Shown: positions 18,378 to 26,444 of the stretch, one piece after another
Numbering within the stretch: the stretch's first letter is position 1
Layout: each line of letters begins with the position of its first letter
NCBI GenBank assembly: GCA_964480575.1
Contig: CAYZPE010000001.1
Location: 1 to 40,371, forward strand
Source of the DNA: an uncultured Candidatus Saccharibacteria bacterium
Lineage (GTDB): Bacteria; Patescibacteriota; Minisyncoccia; Phycocordibacterales; CAYZPE01
Length of the DNA stretch: 40,371 nucleotides
Direction of reading: 5' to 3'
Program-made: the position numbers and the translations under genes
The notes under the pieces: model-generated
What the model was told of the DNA's origin: nothing
What the model saw: the letters and a program-made list of their open reading frames with translations, nothing else
Databases searched by the model: none

Positions 18378-19279
18378 TGACACAAGTAGATATTAAAAAA
18401 CATCTTTTACATACATACGGTCTCAAGGTTAAACGTCTTGTGGTTATGAGGGGTGGTGTAATGAATGATAATTATAAAATATCATCAGACAAAGGAGAAT
18501 TTATTTTTCGTATATATAATAGAACCTCTTTTGAAACTGTACACTTTGAATTCGATGTTTTGAGTCATTTGGAATCTTTAAATTTTTTTTCTCCTCACAT
18601 ACATATTTCTCTGTCTGGTAGAGGGGTGGTTCTTTTTAAAAAAAAGCCATCAGTTTTATATACCTACATAAAAGGTGAATCTATTAAAAAAATTACAAAA
18701 AACTTACTTGGAAAGATTGGCAGAGCCATTGGTAGATTTCACACTCTCGTTGCCGATTTTGATATAAAAGTTCATAAAGAAAGTTGGGAACCTCATTTTC
18801 TAATACGTTTAGTTGAGGTGGGCGAAGATCTATTTACACGCAAAGGATTTCCTGACGCAAAGGATCTTTTTGATTTTCTGAGAGAAGAAATGGGAAAATT
18901 TAGTTTTCCAAACTTACCTTCAGGGGTTACTCATCAGGATATTAAACCAGAGAATATACTAGTGCACAAAGGTCAAATAACAGGCTTTATAGACTTCGAT
19001 AATAGTTTTTACGGTGCATATGTTCACGATATTACAACAACTGCAATTTGGACCTGTTTTACTAAATATAAGCTCGACAAAGTAAAATTAAACGCTCTTC
19101 TTTGTGGTTATGAAAAGGAACGTAAACTTACATCTCTTGAAAAGAAAGTTTTTAATGACGCTTTAAAATGGAGATTGCTTCGAGAAATGTTTATAGGCCC
19201 TTATGTAACTGTAAAAAAAACACCAAAAACTCAGGAACGATTAACATATTTCAAAAAGCTCTATAGTAATTTTTTGTAA
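18377..19279 (+). CDS. APH/choline-kinase-fold small-molecule kinase
   Basis: THQDIKPENILV (HxDxxxxN) and FIDFDNS (DFD). ATG 18377 shares one nt with the upstream TAA (TAATG). The track start at 18362 is a TTG. Confidence 0.75.
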   Translation: MTQVDIKKHLLHTYGLKVKRLVVMRGGVMNDNYKISSDKGEFIFRIYNRTSFETVHFEFDVLSHLESLNFFSPHIHISLSGRGVVLFKKKPSVLYTYIKGESIKKITKNLLGKIGRAIGRFHTLVADFDIKVHKESWEPHFLIRLVEVGEDLFTRKGFPDAKDLFDFLREEMGKFSFPNLPSGVTHQDIKPENILVHKGQITGFIDFDNSFYGAYVHDITTTAIWTCFTKYKLDKVKLNALLCGYEKERKLTSLEKKVFNDALKWRLLREMFIGPYVTVKKTPKTQERLTYFKKLYSNFL

Positions 19280-19300
19280 ATCTTATAGTAGAATACTGTT

Positions 19301-20215
19301 ATGTTTGAAAAGCTTAAACATCTGTATAAGTTGTATGTAAAAAGACCTATTGCGAGTATTGAATTTACGAGGCCTGTTTGGCTTTTCTTGAATAGAAAAG
19401 CCCAGTCTCTTTTCGATAAGAATAAACCTGAATTAAATCAGGTTCAAAAAAGGGTGGTTACTGAATTAGAAAAAGATGGTATTTCCATTACTCATTTTGA
19501 TGAATTGTTTAAAGATAAGCCAGAGATTTACTTAGACATGTTGAGGAATTTAGATAGTCTAGTTTCCAATGCAAAACAAGACCCTAAAAAAGATCATTTT
19601 AAAGCAATGTGGGACACAAGGTCTTTTTACCTAGATCCAAATAGTAGTTTTGTAAAATTTGCTCTTTCTCCACAAGTTATTGATGTCGCAAACACATATA
19701 TGAAAATGTGGACAAGACTCCTGCTTGCTAATGGTTATGTTTCAGAAGTTGTTCCACAGACAGAAACTCGGATTAAAACTCAAAATTGGCATAGAGATGC
19801 TCATGATGTTCAACTTGTTTCTGTTTTTATTTATTTAACAGATGTTAATTCACCTCGTGACGGGGCTTTTTCATATGTGAGAGGGAGCCATCCACTTGGT
19901 AAATTTAAATCACTTTTTAAACAACCAAAACCTCATTCACTTAAAAAATTCCCCAAAGAAGATGAAGTTAGTAAAAGCATACAGGAAGAAGATGTTGTCT
20001 GGTGTTTAGGAAAGAAAGGAACGATTATTTTTAGTGATGGAACAGGGATTCATCGAGGTGGATACTGCACCGAAAACAAAAGAGTAATGATTCTTACTGC
20101 CTATACTTCAGATCACCGTTTTACTAAAACACTTAGACTATCGTATCCAGAAAATAAAGAAGTTTTTAAATTAAAATTATCTCCTCAGGCTAGGTACACT
20201 GCCGGTCTGAGTTAG
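19301..20215 (+). CDS. PhyH-like Fe(II)/2-oxoglutarate dioxygenase, paralog 2
   Basis: NWHRDAHD (HxD), GTGIHRGG (distal His), NKRVMIL (Arg). Collinear with 14005-14922. Confidence 0.65.
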   Translation: MFEKLKHLYKLYVKRPIASIEFTRPVWLFLNRKAQSLFDKNKPELNQVQKRVVTELEKDGISITHFDELFKDKPEIYLDMLRNLDSLVSNAKQDPKKDHFKAMWDTRSFYLDPNSSFVKFALSPQVIDVANTYMKMWTRLLLANGYVSEVVPQTETRIKTQNWHRDAHDVQLVSVFIYLTDVNSPRDGAFSYVRGSHPLGKFKSLFKQPKPHSLKKFPKEDEVSKSIQEEDVVWCLGKKGTIIFSDGTGIHRGGYCTENKRVMILTAYTSDHRFTKTLRLSYPENKEVFKLKLSPQARYTAGLS

Positions 20216-20220
20216 TATCA

Positions 20221-20259
20221 CAGAACGTTTTTCTTGACATGTCATGTCAAAACGTTCTG
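20221..20259. terminator. Imperfect 39-nt palindrome: candidate terminator of the upstream genes and/or operator-promoter of the NUDIX cassette
   Basis: Outer arms CAGAACGTT (20221-20229) and AACGTTCTG (20251-20259). Inner arms TTGACATG (20234-20241) and CATGTCAA (20243-20250). TTGACA is present on both strands. Followed by T-rich ttctttg and a strong SD (GGGGAGG) before ATG 20280. Confidence 0.4.
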
Positions 20260-20279
20260 TTCTTTGAGGGGAGGTTTAT

Positions 20280-20819
20280 ATGACCGCAAAGTATTGCGAT
20301 TGGATTCCTGGTACATTTGGCCTGAAACATCCAGCAGTGCTCGTGACAGCTGATGCGCTCATTTATCAGGTTCTGGAAGGTGGTCGAATTCAGATTTTGA
20401 TCGGTACCAGAAAATCTCCCAGTCGATGGGAAGCTGGTCTTCGGATACTCACCTTTGGTGGCTTCGTTGATCCGAATGACGGGTCTATCTATGAGACCGT
20501 CAAGCGTGAAGTGATGCGCGAGGAACTCAGGGATATTGCTCTTGCTATCGACTTTGAAAGACCCTTTTTTACTGGTCCGTGCAAAGTCAGGCATCAGTGG
20601 CACAGTTATCAGCGATCGATTTCAAGCGGTGAACAGGTTCAGGATGTGCCGGTCGTCACGGCAAATTTTCTGGCACGCTATGTTGGCGGTGAGCTCAGAG
20701 ACAGTGATGAGGTCACCGCTCCTCACTGGGTTTATCTTGAAGATCTTGAAGGTGACTTTGCCTTCGATCATGCACTGGTGCTTGAGCACTTTCTGCCCCG
20801 TATTGTTTTTCAGGCGTAG
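20280..20819 (+). CDS. NUDIX-family hydrolase (divergent Nudix box), compositionally foreign
   Basis: LTFGGFVDPNDGSIYETVKREVMREEL resembles GX5EX7REUXEEXGU with a one-residue insertion and substitutions. Hand count gives 267 G+C in 540 nt (49%). Strong SD 6-7 nt upstream. Confidence 0.55.
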   Translation: MTAKYCDWIPGTFGLKHPAVLVTADALIYQVLEGGRIQILIGTRKSPSRWEAGLRILTFGGFVDPNDGSIYETVKREVMREELRDIALAIDFERPFFTGPCKVRHQWHSYQRSISSGEQVQDVPVVTANFLARYVGGELRDSDEVTAPHWVYLEDLEGDFAFDHALVLEHFLPRIVFQA

Positions 20820-20847
20820 ACAATGTGCGTATATACACATAAGTCAA

Positions 20848-20879
20848 AATCGTTGATGGCTACCATCAGCGATTTTTTT
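20848..20879 (+). terminator. Rho-independent terminator after the NUDIX gene
   Basis: 12-bp stem AATCGTTGATGG / CCATCAGCGATT (one G-U pair), 3-nt loop CTA, then a T run through 20879. Confidence 0.6.
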
Positions 20880-20901
20880 ATACTATGGTATAGTCTTTGC
20901 T

Positions 20902-21627
20902 ATGAGTAATAACTACCTGCAAGGTCTTATTTTAGCTGCAGGGATAGGTAAGAGATTGGGCAACCTTCAAGGTGTAATTTCAAAACCACTTCTCCCGGTT
21001 GCGGGAAAAACCCTCATTGAATATATGATGGGATTCTGTCGCTCTCTTGGGGTTATTGATCTGATTGTGGTCGGAGGTTTTAAATATGATGAGCTTGAAA
21101 AAGTTGTGCAAAAAGCAGACCCAGAAGCTGTATTAGCGAGAAATGATCGATTTGAACTTCAGAATATTTTAAGTTTTAAGGCAGGTTTAGATAAAGCAAC
21201 AGATGAGGATTTGTTTGTTTGTAATGCAGATTATATCTTTATGGATCATACAGCAGAGGCTGTGAAAGCTGACATGAATAAACTGTGTGTCTATGCAAGT
21301 TATGACATAGAAGGAGATGTTATTGATGTTATGAAGGTTAAGGTTACTGAAAAGGAAGACCTGATAGAAATGTCAAAACAATTAGTTGAGTTTGACTCTA
21401 TGTATACTGGTATGTTTTTTATTCCAAAGAAAGACATCTCAGTAGTAAGATCTGTTACAGATGAAATAATACAAAATACTGATCTAACCAAGGTAACAGT
21501 TGAATTACTTTTTAAGGCTCTCCTAGAAAAGGGTCATACTATTCGGGTAGCTGATGTCGGTAAGCCTGACTGGTTTGAAATAGACACACCTGAGGAATGG
21601 GAAATAGCAAAGAAAGCTCTTGAATAA
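20902..21627 (+). CDS. LicC/IPCT-like sugar- or alcohol-phosphate nucleotidyltransferase
   Basis: GLILAAGIGKRLG...SKPLLPV glycine-rich loop, FVCNADYIF, C-terminal DWFEIDTPEEW. Same architecture as the N-terminal domain of 15731-17629. Confidence 0.8.
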   Translation: MSNNYLQGLILAAGIGKRLGNLQGVISKPLLPVAGKTLIEYMMGFCRSLGVIDLIVVGGFKYDELEKVVQKADPEAVLARNDRFELQNILSFKAGLDKATDEDLFVCNADYIFMDHTAEAVKADMNKLCVYASYDIEGDVIDVMKVKVTEKEDLIEMSKQLVEFDSMYTGMFFIPKKDISVVRSVTDEIIQNTDLTKVTVELLFKALLEKGHTIRVADVGKPDWFEIDTPEEWEIAKKALE

Positions 21628-21630
21628 GAT

Positions 21631-22989
21631 ATGAACTTAAAGCGAAAAATAGCTGAAAGTGTTCTGTATGTGTCATTGGGAAATATTCTCATAAAGCTTT
21701 TTTCAATTGTCGGGTATGTTTTAATTCTCCGAAAACTCTCACTTCATGATTACGGCGTATTTACTCTTCTTGTTTCTTTTGTAGGCCCAGCTGCCGCTAT
21801 AGCTTTTTTTAGCTTTGATCGGATTTTTGTCAGTCAATTTTCAAAAGCTCGTGGACTTCAAAATATTGCTCGAATGAAGGGTTTGTTTAAAGAGTATTAC
21901 AGACTAGGAACAATCCTCATTGTGCTTATGTTTGCAATTGTTTACGGATTTCGTTTGCTATTTGGAAATTTTTACGAAGCTTACATATTTCAGTATATGT
22001 GGCCGATTTCACTCTTTATTTTTTCTCAACTGATGATGAATATGGTCTCAGTGTTTCTTGAAAGTAATGAAGAGTTTAAGAAGATTTCAACTATGGAAAT
22101 TTTTGAGTCATTTATGAGATCAATTCTTGTTATGGGTGCTTTTCTTACTCTTCCTTTCTCTGTAACTCTTGTGTTGCTTGTGTATACCCTAGCAAAATTT
22201 AGTGCTATTGCCTTAGGTATTTTGTCGTTTATTAAAATTGAACGCACTCTTTTCAAAAATGACACAGAACCGGAGAGAGGTGTTTTGTGGGGAATATTTA
22301 AGTCTTTTGGTAAGTGGGAAATTGGAAGTAATATTTTTGAGAAAATACTTCAGCCAGTCAAGCTTCTTTTGATGAGATTTTTCGTTGGTATTGAGGCAGT
22401 TGCGGTATATGATTTTGCCGGTAATGTATATGCGTTTATGTACAGCCTTTTCCCTGTTAAAAGAATTATTTTTCCTATCGTTTCAAGATTTAAAAATGAC
22501 AGAGAAAAAATCAATCTTATTATTGCTAAGGCACAAAAATACAGTTTTCTTATGTATGCGACTCTTTATGTTGCTGTTCTGCTCACGACTCCGTTTGTGT
22601 TAAAAATTGCTTTTCCTCAATACGCACAATATTCTTTTGTGATATTTCTTTTTGCCCTTCATTTTATTGTTGATATTTACAAACTTGGTCAGAGTTCGCT
22701 TCTTTATGCATATAACCAGCAAAAATTTATGTTTACTGCATTACCAGTCTTTCTTGTGATTCAAGTAACTTTTGATGTTCTGTTCATAAAACTTTTTGGA
22801 ATCATCGGCTCAGTTCTTTCCTGGCATCTCTATAGTTTGTGTAATGGTTTTATTGTAAATCGTCATTTGGCAAAAAAAGTTAAGTTTCATCAGACAACAA
22901 TACGTGAATTTATAAGCTTCGATGAATATGATAAAGTTGTTCTTTCTGGTATAACATCCCGAATTAGGTCATATCTGCCGAAGTTTTAA
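21631..22989 (+). CDS. wzx: Wzx-like oligosaccharide flippase (MOP superfamily)
   Basis: 452 aa and highly hydrophobic, with roughly 12-14 predicted helices. The N-terminus (SVLYVSLGNILIKLFSIVGYVLILRKLSLHDYGVF) is typical of the Polysacc_synt family. Confidence 0.7.
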   Translation: MNLKRKIAESVLYVSLGNILIKLFSIVGYVLILRKLSLHDYGVFTLLVSFVGPAAAIAFFSFDRIFVSQFSKARGLQNIARMKGLFKEYYRLGTILIVLMFAIVYGFRLLFGNFYEAYIFQYMWPISLFIFSQLMMNMVSVFLESNEEFKKISTMEIFESFMRSILVMGAFLTLPFSVTLVLLVYTLAKFSAIALGILSFIKIERTLFKNDTEPERGVLWGIFKSFGKWEIGSNIFEKILQPVKLLLMRFFVGIEAVAVYDFAGNVYAFMYSLFPVKRIIFPIVSRFKNDREKINLIIAKAQKYSFLMYATLYVAVLLTTPFVLKIAFPQYAQYSFVIFLFALHFIVDIYKLGQSSLLYAYNQQKFMFTALPVFLVIQVTFDVLFIKLFGIIGSVLSWHLYSLCNGFIVNRHLAKKVKFHQTTIREFISFDEYDKVVLSGITSRIRSYLPKF

Positions 22990-23002
22990 TTTTGTATAAA
23001 GT

Positions 23003-23878
23003 ATGAGGCATATGGTATGTACTCTCTGCGGACAGCAATTCGAGAAAGAAATATATAAAAACTCTCTTATGAGGGTTGTTATATGTACGCGGTGTGGTTT
23101 TTCATATCTTAATCCTCGAATGAGTAGTGAGGAGTACACGGACTATTATAAAAATGAATATCAGGCTAAACGCCACCTTCTCAACGGCTATGAAAGGGCA
23201 ATAGAGCGTCTTATAAAAAAAGGAAGTTATGAGCAGAAAAAGAAACACTTACCTATTTTCAAAGACATAATAAGTAAAAAGACTCGTGTTCTTGAAATTG
23301 GATCAGGTTGGGGAACCTTACTCAAGGTATTGCAGGATGCGTATGGGTGTTCTGTGCAGGGTCTGGAGATATCTTCTTTAGCGGTACAGGTTGCGAAAAA
23401 TTACTATAAACTACCTATTGTTGAGTCAACACTCGAAGCGTATGTTTCGAGTAAGAAACCAGAAGAAAAATACGATCTTATTATTATGCATCATGTGTTG
23501 GAGCATTTTCTCGATCCTCGTATGATTTTGAATACTCTCCAAACATTTCTTTCTAAGGAGGGCCTTGTTTATATCGCTCTCCCTGATCTTGAGAATCCTG
23601 ATGAAGCTATAGAAAAATTTTTCAGAATAGACCACTGTTCGTATTTTTATCCAGAAACACTCTCTGTATTGCTCCAACAGTGTGGTTATAAGATAGTAAG
23701 GTTTACTCGAGGACCAACTGACATGAAGTTTGTTGTGGCAAAACTAGATTCAGTACTCCCAGAGGTTGTGGTTCCGAAAACGAACTTGGGTCAGGTGGTA
23801 AGGCGTATTCAGTACAGGAGGGTTTTTGAAGGAATAAAGGAAAAGATTAAAATCACTCTAGGTTTATTTAAACGTTAA
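23003..23878 (+). CDS. Class I SAM-dependent methyltransferase with an N-terminal zinc ribbon
   Basis: CTLCG...CTRCG, then VLEIGSGWGTL (motif I) and DLIIMHHVLEHFLDP. Confidence 0.75.
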   Translation: MRHMVCTLCGQQFEKEIYKNSLMRVVICTRCGFSYLNPRMSSEEYTDYYKNEYQAKRHLLNGYERAIERLIKKGSYEQKKKHLPIFKDIISKKTRVLEIGSGWGTLLKVLQDAYGCSVQGLEISSLAVQVAKNYYKLPIVESTLEAYVSSKKPEEKYDLIIMHHVLEHFLDPRMILNTLQTFLSKEGLVYIALPDLENPDEAIEKFFRIDHCSYFYPETLSVLLQQCGYKIVRFTRGPTDMKFVVAKLDSVLPEVVVPKTNLGQVVRRIQYRRVFEGIKEKIKITLGLFKR

Positions 23879-23879
23879 T

Positions 23880-25631
23880 ATGTGTGGAATTTTAGGTATA
23901 AAAGGGAATGTTGGAGAAAGGGATCTTTTTGAACATGCACGAGATACTCTGAAGAAGCGTGGGCCTGATGATGCAGGTACATACTTTTCTAAAGAAGAGG
24001 GGATTGCTTTAGGGCACAGACGTCTCTCTATAATAGATCTTTCAAGTGCTGGGCATCAGCCATTTGTCTCAGAGGATCAAAGATACGTACTTGTTTTCAA
24101 TGGTGAGATTTATAATTATGTAGAAATAAAACAAGAATTAAAATCTTCATACGTATTTAAAACAAAAACAGATACTGAAGTTCTTCTAGCTGCTTATGTG
24201 GTGTGGGGTGACGAGTGTCTTGAAAAACTGAATGGTATGTTTGCGTTTGCTATCTGGGATAAAAAAACAGAAACTCTTTTTTGCGCGCGTGACCGATTTG
24301 GTGAAAAACCCTTTTTTTATAGTTATGAAGAGGGGCGATTTCTGTTTGCATCGGAAATTAAAGCGCTTTTAGCGCTTAGTGTTTCCAGAAAACCAAATGA
24401 AAAGATAATTTTTGATTATCTTTATCATGGTTTGTATGATCACACTAACGAAACATTTTTCGAAAAGATCTACTCACTACCAGGAGGGCATTATCTTAAA
24501 ATTAAAGGTGAAAGTTTCCAAATTAAGAGGTATTTTGATATCGCAAAATCTAGAGCTGAGAATCAAAATCTGACACATGAGCAAATTAAACAAAAATTTA
24601 ATTATCTTCTTGAGGAGTCTATAAGGCTTCGTTTTAGAAGTGATGTGCCTGTTGGAATTAACTTATCGAGCGGTCTTGATTCAAATGTTATTTATTATTA
24701 CTCATATCTTGTAAATCGCCTTTACCCAAATTCTTTTTCAATGTGTTTACCAAGTGAGGAATTTGATGAATGCGGAATAATAAAAGATTTTTTAACGCCT
24801 GATCAGAAGCTGCACTGGAACACTTCAAGTATTTCTCCAGAAGAAGTTTTCCCATTAGCAGAAAAGATGAACCGTATACAGGACCAGCCGTTTGGAGGGA
24901 TCCCCACTATTGCATACGCAAAATTAAATGAAAAAGCACATGACGCAAAAACTATTGTATTACTTGAAGGGCAGGGCCTCGATGAGATTCTTGCAGGATA
25001 TAAGTATTATAAACTTGAGCATGAGAAGGATCTCTCGGGATTAAAAACAGAAGATTCATCACTTGATTATAGTCAGGATATGACTAAGCTTGTGTTCCCG
25101 GAAGTTTTAAATGAAGATTTTGTGCAGAAAAATCAGCATAAAATTTCTTTCGAAACCCCATTTGATTCACATCTTTTAAATGCTCAGTATAGAGATTTGT
25201 TCTATACCAAACTTCCTCGTGTTTTAAGGTTTAATGATCATGTTACAATGGCTTATGGAAGAGAGCTTCGCTTGCCTTATCTTGATCATAGAATAGTTGA
25301 GTTCTGTTTCTGGTTACCTGTTTCTTATAAAATGAGTACAGAAGGTCAGAAGGTCTTGATGCGTGAGCTTGTAGAAGGGCTTCTTCCTCCAGCGATTTAT
25401 AATACGCAAAAAAAATCCTTCGGCGCTGTGCAAACAGAGTGGTTCAGGAAATTTTTAAAAAAGGAAGTTCTAGAAGTGGTCAATTCTGCGTCCTTCAGAA
25501 GTCGAGGTTATTGGGATATTCCAAAACTCACAGAAAAAATTGAAGAATTTTATGCAGGAAAAGGTGAGAATTCATTTTTTATTTGGCAATGTATAAATCT
25601 TGAAATGTGGTTTAGAAATTATATTGATTAA
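23880..25631 (+). CDS. Asparagine synthase family glutamine amidotransferase (AsnB-like), copy 2
   Basis: MCGILGI (Cys2). HRRLSIIDLSSAGHQP. PP-loop variant NLSSGLDSN. Collinear with copy 1. Confidence 0.85.
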   Translation: MCGILGIKGNVGERDLFEHARDTLKKRGPDDAGTYFSKEEGIALGHRRLSIIDLSSAGHQPFVSEDQRYVLVFNGEIYNYVEIKQELKSSYVFKTKTDTEVLLAAYVVWGDECLEKLNGMFAFAIWDKKTETLFCARDRFGEKPFFYSYEEGRFLFASEIKALLALSVSRKPNEKIIFDYLYHGLYDHTNETFFEKIYSLPGGHYLKIKGESFQIKRYFDIAKSRAENQNLTHEQIKQKFNYLLEESIRLRFRSDVPVGINLSSGLDSNVIYYYSYLVNRLYPNSFSMCLPSEEFDECGIIKDFLTPDQKLHWNTSSISPEEVFPLAEKMNRIQDQPFGGIPTIAYAKLNEKAHDAKTIVLLEGQGLDEILAGYKYYKLEHEKDLSGLKTEDSSLDYSQDMTKLVFPEVLNEDFVQKNQHKISFETPFDSHLLNAQYRDLFYTKLPRVLRFNDHVTMAYGRELRLPYLDHRIVEFCFWLPVSYKMSTEGQKVLMRELVEGLLPPAIYNTQKKSFGAVQTEWFRKFLKKEVLEVVNSASFRSRGYWDIPKLTEKIEEFYAGKGENSFFIWQCINLEMWFRNYID

Positions 25632-25632
25632 C

Positions 25633-26442
25633 ATGCCGCATCAAACATTCGATAGTAAATGGAAAAATATTTCTGAAAAGAAAAAGGACGAAGAGTTTAG
25701 TATTTTTGTACCTCCCGGAAAAAAACCAAAAACTCAGCGACAATTTAATCTTTTTAATTACCATGAATTTATTAAGGGAGTTATTAAAGGTAGGGGCTAT
25801 AAAGACGCAATTGAAATCGGATGCGGAAGGGGAACTATAGCTCTGTATCTTAGGATATATGAAAAACTCTCTCTTGTTTGTAATGATAACGAAGAGAGTG
25901 CGATAAATTTAGCAAAAAATAATTTCACGTACTTTAATGCTGATGCGAAATTTGTTGTCTCAGATGCATCGAACTTAGGATTACCAGATGAAAGTCTTGA
26001 TATGAGTGTGTCAATTGGCTTACTTGAGCACTTGCCGAACTATGACGCAATTTTGAAAGAGCAGTTTCGAGTACTGAAATCTGGTGGAGTAATGATCTCT
26101 CTTAATATTCCAAAGAAGAATTCAGTTCAAATTTTAAACAATCTGTATAGAGCTGTCTATCGTTTTTTTAAACCGTCATATCCTCTGAAACCTGACTATT
26201 ATAGAAACAGTGACATGCCTGCAGATTATATAAAGAATGCCCTGTCTGTGGGTTTTAAAGATGTATATACGGTCAATGTAAATCCATTTCCTCTTTTTAC
26301 ACCTCTCCATCCAGTGCTCGAAAGAGTAATGACTCCTTTGTATCGTACTATTCTTTTTTTGCGCCGAATATATTTGCCCTATCCATTTAAAACGAGTTAT
26401 AGTTTATCGCAAGCCCACTTTTTAGTTGGGTTTAAAAAATAA
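25633..26442 (+). CDS. Class I SAM-dependent methyltransferase
   Basis: AIEIGCGRGTIALYL, LDMSVSIGLLEHLPN, VLKSGGVMI. ATG 25633 follows the asnB-like stop at 25629-25631. Confidence 0.75.
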   Translation: MPHQTFDSKWKNISEKKKDEEFSIFVPPGKKPKTQRQFNLFNYHEFIKGVIKGRGYKDAIEIGCGRGTIALYLRIYEKLSLVCNDNEESAINLAKNNFTYFNADAKFVVSDASNLGLPDESLDMSVSIGLLEHLPNYDAILKEQFRVLKSGGVMISLNIPKKNSVQILNNLYRAVYRFFKPSYPLKPDYYRNSDMPADYIKNALSVGFKDVYTVNVNPFPLFTPLHPVLERVMTPLYRTILFLRRIYLPYPFKTSYSLSQAHFLVGFKK

Positions 26443-26444
26443 TC

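Noticed and set aside
20247-20856. Overlapping ORFs 20247-20603 (-), 20536-20856 (+) and 20622-20840 (-)
   Set aside because: They occur only inside the GC-elevated cassette, where stop codons are rarer. They lack an SD and any motifs. The 20280-20819 frame has the SD, a NUDIX-like box and a terminator.
20216-20900. The GC-rich cassette as an insertion sequence or integrative element
   Set aside because: There is no transposase, integrase or recombinase ORF. There are no terminal inverted repeats matching each other at both ends and no target-site duplication. The two flanking hairpins are different sequences.
7802-25631. The AsnB homologs (7802-9664 and 23880-25631) as lasso-peptide cyclases or another RiPP system
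   Set aside because: There is no transglutaminase-like leader protease (B protein), no RRE and no plausible short precursor ORF nearby. Both have a full N-terminal Cys2 glutaminase domain, and they sit among GT, methyltransferase and flippase genes, so a glycan amidotransferase role is the simpler reading.
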